A DNA stretch of 63,989 nt, counting the filler. It is 7 parts of 7 records of this genome, joined end to end, with 100 filler letters (N's around TTAATTAATTAA, not from the genome) between each part and the next. Parts side by side here need not be neighbours in the genome. Positions count along the whole stretch, not along the records: positions 7,076 to 14,196 come from SRR31147125_10815; positions 14,297 to 22,765 come from SRR31147125_10821; 5 more parts are not named here. The stretch is one strand, 5' to 3'. A program made the translations under genes and the position numbers. Positions 11,353-20,561 of this stretch are shown one piece after another. The notes beneath the pieces were generated by a model. The model saw only the letters and a list, made by a program, of their open reading frames with translations. It was not told where the DNA came from and made no database searches. The stretch's first letter is position 1, and the number at the start of each line of letters is the position of its first letter.

Positions 11353-11847
11353 ATGGAAACGGACAACACCATCAAAATTCTGTTGGTCGATGATGAAGAA
11401 AAATTCTTGCAGGCGGTTTCCGAGCGGCTGTCCATCAAGGGCTTTGACGTGCAGACAGCAGCGAGTGGTGATGCCGCCATCGCTGCGGCTGAAAAAGGCG
11501 GCTACGACGTGGCCGTGGTCGATTTGCAGATGCCGGGCACCGATGGCACCCAAGTGTTGAAAATTCTCAAGAAGAACCATCAATTCATCGAAATTATCAT
11601 GCTCACCGGACACGCCACAGTGGATTCAGCGGTCGAGTGCACCCGGCTGGGCGCCTTCAAGTACCTTGAAAAGCCCTATGAATTCGAAAAACTGGTAGTG
11701 GCGCTCAAAGAGGCATATCAGACCCGTATAGAAAAGAAGTTTGAAAGCAATGGCAAACGCATGGCGGCCATTCAGGAGTTGTCCACGCATCAGTCACCGC
11801 TCGGGCTTTTGCGGGCAATGGCCCAGCTGGATGACGGCCGGAAATAA
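11353..11847 (+). CDS. Response regulator with C-terminal extension
   Basis: ILLVDDE, DLQMPG, MLTGHA and YLEKP motifs. RBS GGAGG precedes ATG 11353. Confidence 0.88.
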   Translation: METDNTIKILLVDDEEKFLQAVSERLSIKGFDVQTAASGDAAIAAAEKGGYDVAVVDLQMPGTDGTQVLKILKKNHQFIEIIMLTGHATVDSAVECTRLGAFKYLEKPYEFEKLVVALKEAYQTRIEKKFESNGKRMAAIQELSTHQSPLGLLRAMAQLDDGRK

Positions 11848-11935
11848 ATCGGCACCAGCGGGCGATATTATCGCCCACAAAAACAGGTTGCCAGGACACG
11901 TTTTGGTAAATCCTTTTCAAGGATAGGAGTAGCAC

Positions 11936-14068
11936 ATGTTGGTTAAGGTTTTCCCCTTTTTGGCGTGGTTCAAGAACTACGACAAGTCATCGTTGCAGCT
12001 AGACGCGCTTTCCGGCCTGACCGTGGCCCTCGTCCTGATTCCGCAATCCATGGCGTACGCCCAGCTTGCGGGACTACCGGCCTATTATGGGTTGTATGCT
12101 TCATTTCTGCCACCGATGGTGGCTGCTTTGTTCGGATCCAGCCGTCAGTTGGCCACCGGACCCGTCGCCATCGTGTCGCTCATGACATCGGCTTCCCTTG
12201 CACCGTTGGCCACCATTGGCAGCCCGGGATACATTGCCTACGCCATTTTATTAGCCCTGATGGTCGGTATCTTTCAGCTATCCTTGGGCGTCCTACGATT
12301 GGGGCTGGTGGTGAATTTCTTGTCTCACCCCGTGGTCAACGGTTTTACCAACGCTGCCGCCCTGATTATCGCCTCTTCTCAGCTTTCCAAGATGTTCGGT
12401 GTTTATGTCGACAATGCGCCGCACCATTACGAAACCATAATCAATGTGGTGAAGGCGGCGATCCATTACACCCACTGGCCAACCTTGTTGATCGGCGCAT
12501 TTGCCTTTGGCATCATGTATGGCCTCAAATGGCTGTCACCGCGAATTCCCAATGTTCTTGTGGCCGTTATTATCACCACGGCCATCTCCTGGGCCACCGG
12601 CTTTCAACATGATCGATTTGTCAGTATCGACACTATCGAATCTGTTGAGGCCCGCCACTTGATCGCGGCCTTCAACAAGGCCTTCACGGCAATCTCCCCC
12701 CTTGCCGAAGAGCGAACCCAAATCGGTGAAGCATCCAACAAAGCCAAACATGACCACGATGAAGTCGGCGTTCTGGATGCCGAGCATATGCTTGATGTGA
12801 CCAACCTGAACATTACGCATATGAAGGATGATGTCCACCTGTACCGCGAAAAGCTGCGCGACATCCTTTTTGCCGGTGTTGTTCAAGACGACAATTCTAT
12901 TAAATTTTTCCCCAGGGACAAGGTTCCTGCCAGCCTTGAGAGCGACGGACGCACGTGGCGCGTCAAAGTCGGCAACGAGGCGCTGGATACGGCCAAGCTC
13001 AAAATGATGGGCGGCGGTGCGGTGGTCGGTACCATCCCCGGAGGGTTGCCATCCTTGAGTATCCCGAAGATCGATATCGGCGTCATGCTGCATTTGCTGC
13101 CGTATGCGGCGATCATCTCTTTATTGGGGTTTATGGAAGCGATAGCCATTGCCAAGGCCATGGCGGGTAAAACCGGGCAGCGACTGGATCCCAATCAGGA
13201 GTTGATCGGTCAGGGGCTCGGCAATATTCTCGGCTCCATCGGCAAGAGCTATCCCACATCGGGCTCGTTTTCCCGTTCGGCGGTTAACCTGCAAGCACGG
13301 GCCGTCTCCGGGTTGTCGAGTGTCTTTACCAGCATGGCGGTGATTATCGTGCTTTTATTCTTCACGCCGTTGCTTTTCCATTTGCCCCAGGCGGTGCTGG
13401 CTGCCGTCATCATGATGGCTGTTATCGGTTTGCTCAATGTTTCCGGTTTCATTCATGCCTGGAAGGTCAAATGGTATGACGGCGCGATCTCCATTATCTC
13501 GTTTGTCAGCACCTTGGTATTCGCCCCGCATCTGGACAAGGGGATCATGATCGGTGTGGCGCTCTCTCTGGGAGTCTTTCTTTACAAGAGCATGCGCCCC
13601 AGGGTGGTTTTTCTGTCCCGGTCGGAGGATGAGGAATTGCGCTGCGTGACCACCCATAGTCTCGAGGAGTGCCCTTACGTGTCCCTGGTTCGGTTTGAGG
13701 GCCCCCTGTTTTTTGCCAATGCCAGTTATCTGGAAGATACGATCACTGAAATGACCCAAACCAAGAACGGACTCAACCATATCCTTGTCGCTGCTCACGG
13801 CATCAACGATATAGATTCATCCGGTGAGGAAGCGTTGTCGTTAATTGTGGATCGGGTCCGTAGCAATGGAATCGACATCTCCATGTGCGGGGTTAACGAG
13901 GCGGTAATGGAAGTCTTCAGCCGGACGCACTTTTTGGCGAAAATCGGTGAGGATCATATTTATCCGACCCTGGAAAAAGGGATCGTCGCCGTCCATCAGG
14001 TGGCTCACGAGGATAATCCGGAAGCGAACTGCCCGTTGTTGAACGCTTGTCAGCTTGTTGAAAATTAA
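11936..14068 (+). CDS. SulP family anion transporter with STAS domain
   Basis: PQSMAYAQLAG, GSSRQLATGP, NQELIGQG and GSFSRSA motifs, plus STAS (GPLFFANA, DIDSSG). Confidence 0.95.
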   Translation: MLVKVFPFLAWFKNYDKSSLQLDALSGLTVALVLIPQSMAYAQLAGLPAYYGLYASFLPPMVAALFGSSRQLATGPVAIVSLMTSASLAPLATIGSPGYIAYAILLALMVGIFQLSLGVLRLGLVVNFLSHPVVNGFTNAAALIIASSQLSKMFGVYVDNAPHHYETIINVVKAAIHYTHWPTLLIGAFAFGIMYGLKWLSPRIPNVLVAVIITTAISWATGFQHDRFVSIDTIESVEARHLIAAFNKAFTAISPLAEERTQIGEASNKAKHDHDEVGVLDAEHMLDVTNLNITHMKDDVHLYREKLRDILFAGVVQDDNSIKFFPRDKVPASLESDGRTWRVKVGNEALDTAKLKMMGGGAVVGTIPGGLPSLSIPKIDIGVMLHLLPYAAIISLLGFMEAIAIAKAMAGKTGQRLDPNQELIGQGLGNILGSIGKSYPTSGSFSRSAVNLQARAVSGLSSVFTSMAVIIVLLFFTPLLFHLPQAVLAAVIMMAVIGLLNVSGFIHAWKVKWYDGAISIISFVSTLVFAPHLDKGIMIGVALSLGVFLYKSMRPRVVFLSRSEDEELRCVTTHSLEECPYVSLVRFEGPLFFANASYLEDTITEMTQTKNGLNHILVAAHGINDIDSSGEEALSLIVDRVRSNGIDISMCGVNEAVMEVFSRTHFLAKIGEDHIYPTLEKGIVAVHQVAHEDNPEANCPLLNACQLVEN

Positions 14069-14083
14069 AAGGAGGAGTTATCC

Positions 14084-14196
14084 ATGCCAGTTATTACCTT
14101 GTTCAGTGGCAGTTACTGCAACGAGACACAGATCGTCCAGGAAATCGCTTCGCGCACCGGTTACCGGCAGATGACCGATCAGGGCATCGTTGCCGA
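14084..14196 (+). CDS. Probable cytidylate-kinase-like/response-regulator protein (N-terminal fragment)
   Basis: RBS AGGAGG, then MPVITLFSGSYCNETQIVQEIASRTGY. Truncated. Confidence 0.5.
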
Positions 14197-14296
14197 NNNN
14201 NNNNNNNNNNNNNNNNNNNNNNNNNNNNNNNNNNNNNNNNTTAATTAATTAANNNNNNNNNNNNNNNNNNNNNNNNNNNNNNNNNNNNNNNNNNNN
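14197..14296. other. Artificial contig linker
   Basis: N-run/TTAATTAATTAA/N-run. Confidence 0.97.
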
Positions 14297-14717
14297 AAAA
14301 AGATTCACCTCCAAATCAACAATCATTATCGATACGCCTATTGCCAAAGTATGGAATGCTCTTGTCAATCCTAAAATAGCAAAGAAATATTTCATGGGTG
14401 CAGAAGTTATCACGGATTGGAAAGTGGGAAGCCCTATTTTATTCAGGGGTGAATTTAATGACAATAAGTATGAAGAAAAAGGAATACTCTTAAAGGTAGA
14501 GCCAAACGTCCAACTTCAATATTCTCATTGGAGTCATTTTGATGGATTACCAGATGCGCCAGAGAATTATCGCACTTGGACTTTTAGTTTATCTAAAAAA
14601 GATAATGGGATTCTTCTTTCTGTTTCTGAAGATAATATTCCGACTGAAAAACAACGAAACCGCTCTGATGAATTTTGGACAGAGGTTCTCGCAGCTATTA
14701 AAAAAATTTTAGATTAA
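14297..14717 (+). CDS. SRPBCC/AHSA1-like protein (5' truncated)
   Basis: STIIIDTPIAKVWNALVNP..AKKYFMGAEVITDWKVGSPI...LQYSHWS. Confidence 0.85.
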
Positions 14718-14729
14718 AAGGAGAGAACA

Positions 14730-15323
14730 ATGTATAAATTACCTCAAGGAATACGAATTCCACGTGATGAAGAGTATCCAAATGATTGTAATGTTGAAGC
14801 TATCAATAGCAATAGACTTAATGCGAATATTGAAGAAGGATTCACTCTACAGTTTGTGGCAGATCAGAATTTCTCTTATTATGCAGAGATAAATGCTGAT
14901 GAAGATAAGCTTTGGGAAATGTTCTGTACAATGGTAGATGGATTAGTAGAAGAACCAGCTTATTTGATACTAGGATTCAAAGATGAAGACCCTTGGTTGA
15001 GTAATTTTGTAGGTAAGAAAAAGCTAATTGATGTAATTGAGAGATATCATTTTGAGTTCACTAATGACGGTTACTTGGAAGTGGGTATTGCATCTAATAC
15101 CGAAGGTAAGTTATGCGAGGTATACTTAGCAAGCTATAAGTATTTTAAAATATGGGGGGCTGATGTGGATAGTTTTAAATCGATTATGAATCGGTTCGGA
15201 ATCTCAGAAGACAATACACTTGGCTTTATCGATGAATTTCCAGTAGTTTCCGAAGCGCTTGATAGAGCGAGATATAAGCATGCCACTGAAATAATTGATG
15301 AAATAAAGCTGGAATTCGTCTAA
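14730..15323 (+). CDS. Hypothetical protein
   Basis: 197 aa ORF with RBS AGGAG. No family recognised. Confidence 0.7.
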   Translation: MYKLPQGIRIPRDEEYPNDCNVEAINSNRLNANIEEGFTLQFVADQNFSYYAEINADEDKLWEMFCTMVDGLVEEPAYLILGFKDEDPWLSNFVGKKKLIDVIERYHFEFTNDGYLEVGIASNTEGKLCEVYLASYKYFKIWGADVDSFKSIMNRFGISEDNTLGFIDEFPVVSEALDRARYKHATEIIDEIKLEFV

Positions 15324-15340
15324 TGAGGTCGGCAAGAACG

Positions 15341-15408
15341 TCACATAACACTGAACTTACAACATGGACAATAATTCGGAACTATGTTCACGGCACGTTA
15401 GATGAAAT
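15341..15408 (+). repeat. attC-like site
   Basis: TCACATAAC at 15341, internal TGAAC/GTTCA and AACATGG/CTATGTT inverted arms, and GTTAGATGAAAT at 15397. Confidence 0.65.
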
Positions 15409-15467
15409 AGTAAACCTAGTATAGGATATCAAAGTTGGAATAATAACGGCAAAGGAGATAGAAGAAT

Positions 15468-16019
15468 ATGATTAAAGGACATAATGTTTATCTAAGACAA
15501 CCAATAATTGAAGATGCGAATTTATGGTATCAATGGCTTAATGATTATGATATAGTTCTGCCTTTAGGTGATGAAGTTTATGGGAAAATAACCATACAAA
15601 GTATAGAAAAACAAATACAAGAGTATTCTAGTGGTGATTACTATATGTTTACTATTTTAACTAACGATGATAAAGCAATTGGAAGATGTATTCTATTTGG
15701 AATTGATCGAGTAAGCGGTAGAGGTATGGTTGGAATTTTTTTAGGAGATAAAAGTGAATGGGGAAAAGGATATGCTAAAGAATCTTTGGAATTATTAATT
15801 GAATATAGTTTTAGAATTCAAAATTTACATAGTATTATGTTAGGAGTATTTGAATTTAATCATAGAGCTAGAGAACTTTATGAGAAGATTGGCTTTAAAG
15901 AGATAGGAAAAAGGCGTGATGCAAGAAAAATTAATGGAAAGTATGTTGATGTTATTCTAATGGACTTACTAGAGGATGAATATAAGAATAAATACTTAGA
16001 TTTTAACTATTTATCGTAA
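15468..16019 (+). CDS. GNAT N-acetyltransferase (RimJ/RimL type)
   Basis: WGKGYAKE motif A and N.RARELYEKIGF. Confidence 0.9.
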   Translation: MIKGHNVYLRQPIIEDANLWYQWLNDYDIVLPLGDEVYGKITIQSIEKQIQEYSSGDYYMFTILTNDDKAIGRCILFGIDRVSGRGMVGIFLGDKSEWGKGYAKESLELLIEYSFRIQNLHSIMLGVFEFNHRARELYEKIGFKEIGKRRDARKINGKYVDVILMDLLEDEYKNKYLDFNYLS

Positions 16020-16050
16020 TTAATTGGAGAGCTTATGGTTTTCTAAGAGT

Positions 16051-16102
16051 GTTGCCAACATCATACAATCCAAGACATCGTCAATTCGCGGAACGTTATC
16101 TT
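16051..16102 (+). repeat. attC-like site
   Basis: GTTGCCAAC...ACATCGTCAATTCGCGGAAC-GTTATCTT. Confidence 0.55.
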
Positions 16103-16141
16103 ATATTCAAATTCAAGCTTAAAGGTGGAGATCAATAAAAC

Positions 16142-16915
16142 ATGTTTAAAAACTTAAAAATAATTTTTTTACTGATTTTTATTATCAATTCATTTGGATG
16201 TGAAAAGGGAAATTCAAAACATATTAATTTAGAAACACATTTTAAAAACCTAAATGGATGCTTCATACTATTTAATGAAAATGAGAAAAAATATTTAGTT
16301 TATAATGAAAAAAGAATTGATAAACGTTTTAATCCTTGTTCAACATTTAAAATACCTCTTTCTTTAATTGGATTAGAAACGGATGTTTTGGAGGGTGAAA
16401 ATCATGTTTATAAATGGAATCATGTAAATTACCCTTATGAATCTTGGAATCAAAATCATACTTTGAATACAGCTATTAAAAATTCTGTAGAGTGGTATTA
16501 TCAAAAAATGGCAAGTAATATTGAAAAAAAGAATATGAAAACTTATGTGGAAAAAATTAATTATGGTAATAACGATGTTTCGGGAGAAATCTTTAAATTC
16601 TGGCATACTAGTTTAAAAATTAGTGCAAGAGAAGAAGTTGAATTTTTAAAAAAACTGTATAACGATAAATTACCATTTTCTAAAACAAATATAAATATTG
16701 TTAAAAAAATTATTATTCTTGAGAAAACTGATAAATATCAATTATCTGGAAAAACTGGAACAAGCGGTTATGGATTAGGATGGTTTGTGGGTGTTATAGA
16801 GACTGATAATAATAAATATTTCTTTGCTCTAAATATTGATGGTAAAAAAGAAGTAACAGGAAATAATGCAAAAGAAATTACAAAAAACATATTAACAGAG
16901 TTAAATTTAATGTAA
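16142..16915 (+). CDS. Class D (OXA-like) beta-lactamase / penicillin-binding lipoprotein
   Basis: PCSTFK, NSVEWYY, YGN, FW..SLKISA and KTG motifs, with a lipobox-like SFG-C. Confidence 0.85.
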   Translation: MFKNLKIIFLLIFIINSFGCEKGNSKHINLETHFKNLNGCFILFNENEKKYLVYNEKRIDKRFNPCSTFKIPLSLIGLETDVLEGENHVYKWNHVNYPYESWNQNHTLNTAIKNSVEWYYQKMASNIEKKNMKTYVEKINYGNNDVSGEIFKFWHTSLKISAREEVEFLKKLYNDKLPFSKTNINIVKKIIILEKTDKYQLSGKTGTSGYGLGWFVGVIETDNNKYFFALNIDGKKEVTGNNAKEITKNILTELNLM

Positions 16916-16920
16916 AACAG

Positions 16921-16964
16921 AAGATAACATGATGACAAGAAACTTGAAAACCGCACGGTATCTA
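16921..16964 (+). repeat. Degenerate attC-like site
   Basis: AAGATAAC, the exact complement of GTTATCTT at 16095, followed by CCGCAC-GGTATCT. Confidence 0.5.
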
Positions 16965-17008
16965 TGTCATTAATCAACATCAATATGTCAGAATTCATTT
17001 TATAAGGG

Positions 17009-17668
17009 GTGAAAAATAATTAGAATACTTATTTTATTTATCATTATTTTAGCTTTTAATATTCAAGCTTTTGGAAATGAGGAGAATCTATTGGAGAAAA
17101 AATTTTGGAATTGGTTTAAAAAAATGAAAATAAGATTTTTAATTTTGAAAAAGACAAGGAGAATATTTTTGATGAAATTAGTTTTGAGTTAAGTAAAATT
17201 GATGAAAACTTAACTTTTGAGTTTAGTTATATTAAAAACAATAAAAGAGAATTTGTAATAAGTGCTGGAGGAATTATAAGCTCTTTTCCTTATGTAGAAA
17301 AATTATATAATAATGCACCTAAAATGAAGAGATGGAAAATAATTAAGTTTAGACCTAGAAGAAAAGATCTTAATACTATCGATTTTGCTGATAGGATAAT
17401 TAAACCCGATGATGTTAACTATTTATTATTTTTTGACGAGTATAATAATAAAATTGGAGTTAGGCTATTTTTTGATGGTTTTAGCGTAGAAGAACGAGAT
17501 ATCTATGCTCAATTTGGGTATTTATTTTTGGATGAAATAGTCGGCGAATATGATGTTGAAACTAAAATAGGGTGTATTTATTTTGAATCAACAACTTCAA
17601 AATTTTATAAACATTCTAAACCAATTCATAAAATGAGAAAAGAATTTGATAATTACTTTAACAATTAG
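17009..17668 (+). CDS. Hypothetical exported protein (FWNWF family), frameshifted in A-runs
   Basis: Reconstructed as a signal peptide, then KFWNWFKKNENKIFNFE...LTFEFS...REFVISAGGI..FPYVEKL, joining ORF 17324-17668. Confidence 0.6.
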
Positions 17669-17849
17669 TATAATGTAGGTCAAATAAAATAAAGCCTATA
17701 ACAAACAACAGATTTTATAAAAAAACTGCATTTGTCTGTAAATCCGATTGATGAAGATGAAATTACCGAAGATGTTGCTGAGCTTTCAAATAGAACTTAT
17801 TGGATTAGGAAGCCTGATGAAAGGGAATCTAAGATTGATTTAGATAAGA

Positions 17850-18075
17850 TGATTATGCATTAAGAATTATTGATTTACTAAGTATTAATGGGGTTGGAGT
17901 AAAGTATGCAAAGATGCTATATGACATAGGAATAAAATGTATTAATGATTATAATGAAACATGTTCTGAAGATATACTAAATGGAATAAGTCAACTGAAT
18001 AAAAATCATAATATATCAAGAGCAACCTTAGGTATAACAGACATAGATTATTGTAGAAGATTTACGAGAAATTAG
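17850..18075 (+). pseudogene. DUF4332/helix-hairpin-helix-like gene remnant
   Basis: Start-less frame RIIDLLSINGVGVKYAKMLYDIGI...LGITDIDYCRRF. Confidence 0.45.
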
Positions 18076-18190
18076 ATTGCGATATTAGTTAATAAAACAT
18101 TAACTAGAAAAAAAGAAGATTCAGGTATTATGATAGGGGGGCGTTGGAATTTGTATAAATGTTTAGACTGGTGAGAAATGTGCATGGCGC

Positions 18191-18224
18191 CTCGGGAGTC
18201 ATAGGAACATTAGGTGAAAGTTTT
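18191..18224 (+). repeat. attC-like right arm
   Basis: CTCGGGAGTCATAGGAAC-ATTAGGTGAAAGTTTT, complementary to 18803-18818. Confidence 0.55.
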
Positions 18225-18241
18225 GTTTAGGAGAGATACTA

Positions 18242-18817
18242 ATGAGAAAATGGGCGGAAATTGAGTATTTATTAGAAGGCAATACAACTCAGAAGAAGGC
18301 ATACAAAGCCATAAAGGAATTAAAAATTCTTGAAATTTTAAATGAATATAATCCTATTTTGGTAGGAACAATACCGATAGAAATTGATATATTAGGAAGT
18401 GATTTAGATATTATCTGCGAAGTATATGATTTTAAAAGCTTTAAACCATTTGTATCAGAGAACTTTGGTATGTGCAAGAATTATATTTTTAAAGAAAAAC
18501 GTGAAAATGGAAAAAATATTGCTGTATTTAATTTTATTTTTATGGAATTTGAATTTGAGATATATGCTAAATCAGCTCCTACAATAACATTTAATGGATA
18601 TCAGCATATGCTGATAGAAGATAGAATTCTTGGCTTATTAGGAGATGGGTTTCGTTATGAACTTATAAAATTGAAAAAGAGTGGCTTAAAGACAGAGCCG
18701 TCATTTGCAAAATTATTGGGATTGGAAGGTGATTCTTACAAGGAATTGTTAAAGTTAATAGATTATTCTGATCAAGAAATTATTAATTTGTATCAGAACA
18801 TAAAAACTTTCACATAA
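18242..18817 (+). CDS. DUF4269 domain protein
   Basis: YL..GN..QKKAY, PILVGTIPIEIDI.GSDLDIIC, HMLIE.R and GLKTEP.FA.LLGL.GD motifs. Confidence 0.85.
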   Translation: MRKWAEIEYLLEGNTTQKKAYKAIKELKILEILNEYNPILVGTIPIEIDILGSDLDIICEVYDFKSFKPFVSENFGMCKNYIFKEKRENGKNIAVFNFIFMEFEFEIYAKSAPTITFNGYQHMLIEDRILGLLGDGFRYELIKLKKSGLKTEPSFAKLLGLEGDSYKELLKLIDYSDQEIINLYQNIKTFT

Positions 18818-18833
18818 CACTCCAGTTAGCTAT
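18803..18833 (+). repeat. Collapsed attC-like site
   Basis: AAAACTTTCACATAAC (contains the stop codon), 6 nt, then GTTAGCT. Confidence 0.5.
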
Positions 18834-18887
18834 AATAATTACTCGGTTTCAATAATTAGTAAATATAAATTGAAAGGATGTTTTATA

Positions 18888-19553
18888 ATGAATGTAATAT
18901 TTGATGCAGGCGGTGTCCTGTTTTACATAGCAGAATTTAGAAATGATATTTTTAGAAGAGTGTTGACTTCTATTGGATATTCGAATGAACTCATCGAAGA
19001 AGGATTAAAAGGAGTAAAGCAGTTTGATGAAGATTATTTTTCATCAAATCAGCTAGTATCTTGGGATGATGAGAAGAAATGGCTTCAAGCTAGGGCAAAT
19101 TGTATTGCCAAAATTATTGATAGTAGCAACCAAGTTTTAGCTGATAAGTTGTTTATGTTAGCTTTCGATTCATTTCAATATAAGCTTTATGATGAGACAA
19201 GAGAAACTTTGGATAGAATGAAGACAAATCACAACTTATATATACTATCGAATGCGACAGCTAGTTTAGATTGGGCATTTGATTATCTAGATTTAAGACG
19301 GTATTTCGAAAGCATTGTAATTTCTTCCTATGTTGAAGTTAATAAACCTGATAAGAGAATATACGAATATACACTTGAACTCATTGGAGATAATGTGGAG
19401 AACTGTGTATTTGTTGATGACCGAATTGAGAATGTTGAGGCTGGTTTAAATTGTGGCATAAAATCTTTTCATCTCGATAGGAAGTCTGGAATGTCATTAA
19501 GGGACTTTGAGGATTATGTAAGTTCTTTGGCAAATCAATTGGAGTATAAATAA
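18888..19553 (+). CDS. HAD family hydrolase
   Basis: IFDAGGVL, LSN, KPD and FVDD motifs. Confidence 0.9.
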   Translation: MNVIFDAGGVLFYIAEFRNDIFRRVLTSIGYSNELIEEGLKGVKQFDEDYFSSNQLVSWDDEKKWLQARANCIAKIIDSSNQVLADKLFMLAFDSFQYKLYDETRETLDRMKTNHNLYILSNATASLDWAFDYLDLRRYFESIVISSYVEVNKPDKRIYEYTLELIGDNVENCVFVDDRIENVEAGLNCGIKSFHLDRKSGMSLRDFEDYVSSLANQLEYK

Positions 19554-19558
19554 GGCAC

Positions 19559-19587
19559 TAGCGCGAATCACGGGAACGCCATAGGTT
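19559..19587 (+). repeat. Degenerate attC-like right arm
   Basis: TAGCGCGAATCACGGGAAC-GCCATAGG resembles the motifs at 16075, 18191 and 22123. Confidence 0.45.
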
Positions 19588-19640
19588 AATGAATAAATTT
19601 GATATAGTTGGAAATCAACATACTGTAGAAAGGTAGGCAA

Positions 19641-20126
19641 ATGAATTATACAATACGAAAGTTAAAACCAAGTGAATCAAAAAAATATCGCGAAATACGA
19701 CTAGAAGCATTAAGAGAATATCCTGAATATTTTGGCTCGAATTATAACAAGCAAGCCAAAATGGAGAAATTGTATTTTGAAAGAATTGTCGAAGATAATT
19801 CTCCCAGAGGAATAATGGTAGGAGCTTTTACAAATGATGAACTCATAGGAATTTGTGGCGTGACTTTTGAAACCAAACTAATTCCAGAAGCTGGTGAGCT
19901 CATACAGATGTATGTGAAGAGAAACCATCAAGGAAATAAAATTGCCCAAAAGCTAGTAAAGAAAATCTTTGAAGAGGTAAAACAACGAAAAAATATAAGA
20001 ATCTTAGTGTTAGGAGTTAAGACAAGTAATGTTTCTGCTATAAAAACATATTATAACTGTGGATTTAAACTTAATAGGGAAATCGAGTATGAAGAAGGAA
20101 CACAATTCATGACCTTGTTAATATAG
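19641..20126 (+). CDS. GNAT N-acetyltransferase
   Basis: YREIRLEAL..YP..F, MYV...HQG.KIA and N..AIKTY..CGF motifs. Confidence 0.88.
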   Translation: MNYTIRKLKPSESKKYREIRLEALREYPEYFGSNYNKQAKMEKLYFERIVEDNSPRGIMVGAFTNDELIGICGVTFETKLIPEAGELIQMYVKRNHQGNKIAQKLVKKIFEEVKQRKNIRILVLGVKTSNVSAIKTYYNCGFKLNREIEYEEGTQFMTLLI

Positions 20127-20174
20127 GAGTTTGATAATTTTTATAAATCCCTAATTTTTTAAAATAAATAATAT

Positions 20175-20205
20175 ACTTAACAACATATTACCTTAGTTAT
20201 GTGCC
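20175..20205 (+). repeat. Collapsed attC-like site
   Basis: ACTTAAC (RYYYAAC), 14 nt, then GTTATGTGCC. Confidence 0.35.
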
Positions 20206-20561
20206 ACGAATATTTCATTTATGTCTTGTTTTAAAACTTTTTGTTTAAGGATATCAAATCATTTAAAAAAGATTAATTTACTATTGTTAGTATCCGTGCT
20301 ACTATACAGAGTAGTACATATTCAAGTTAACTTTTTTTCCATTCAAACTTTTCAAATCTTATAACTATTTAATTTTATTATATCAGAGTAAAGTCAGGCC
20401 TATTTGTATATCTTAGTTCGATTTTATTGATTTAGTATATTGATTTTATTTGCTTTTACAAGTAAAAATTAAAATCAATTAAAACTATATACATTAATAA
20501 TTTTTTAGTGTATTTGTTAAAAAAATATCTTTAAAAAATAAATAAATCAAAGGAAATTAAA

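Noticed and set aside
7224-13798. Numerous long antisense or overlapping ORFs in the GC-richer contigs
   Set aside because: They overlap well-supported genes, have no motifs, and are expected from codon bias.
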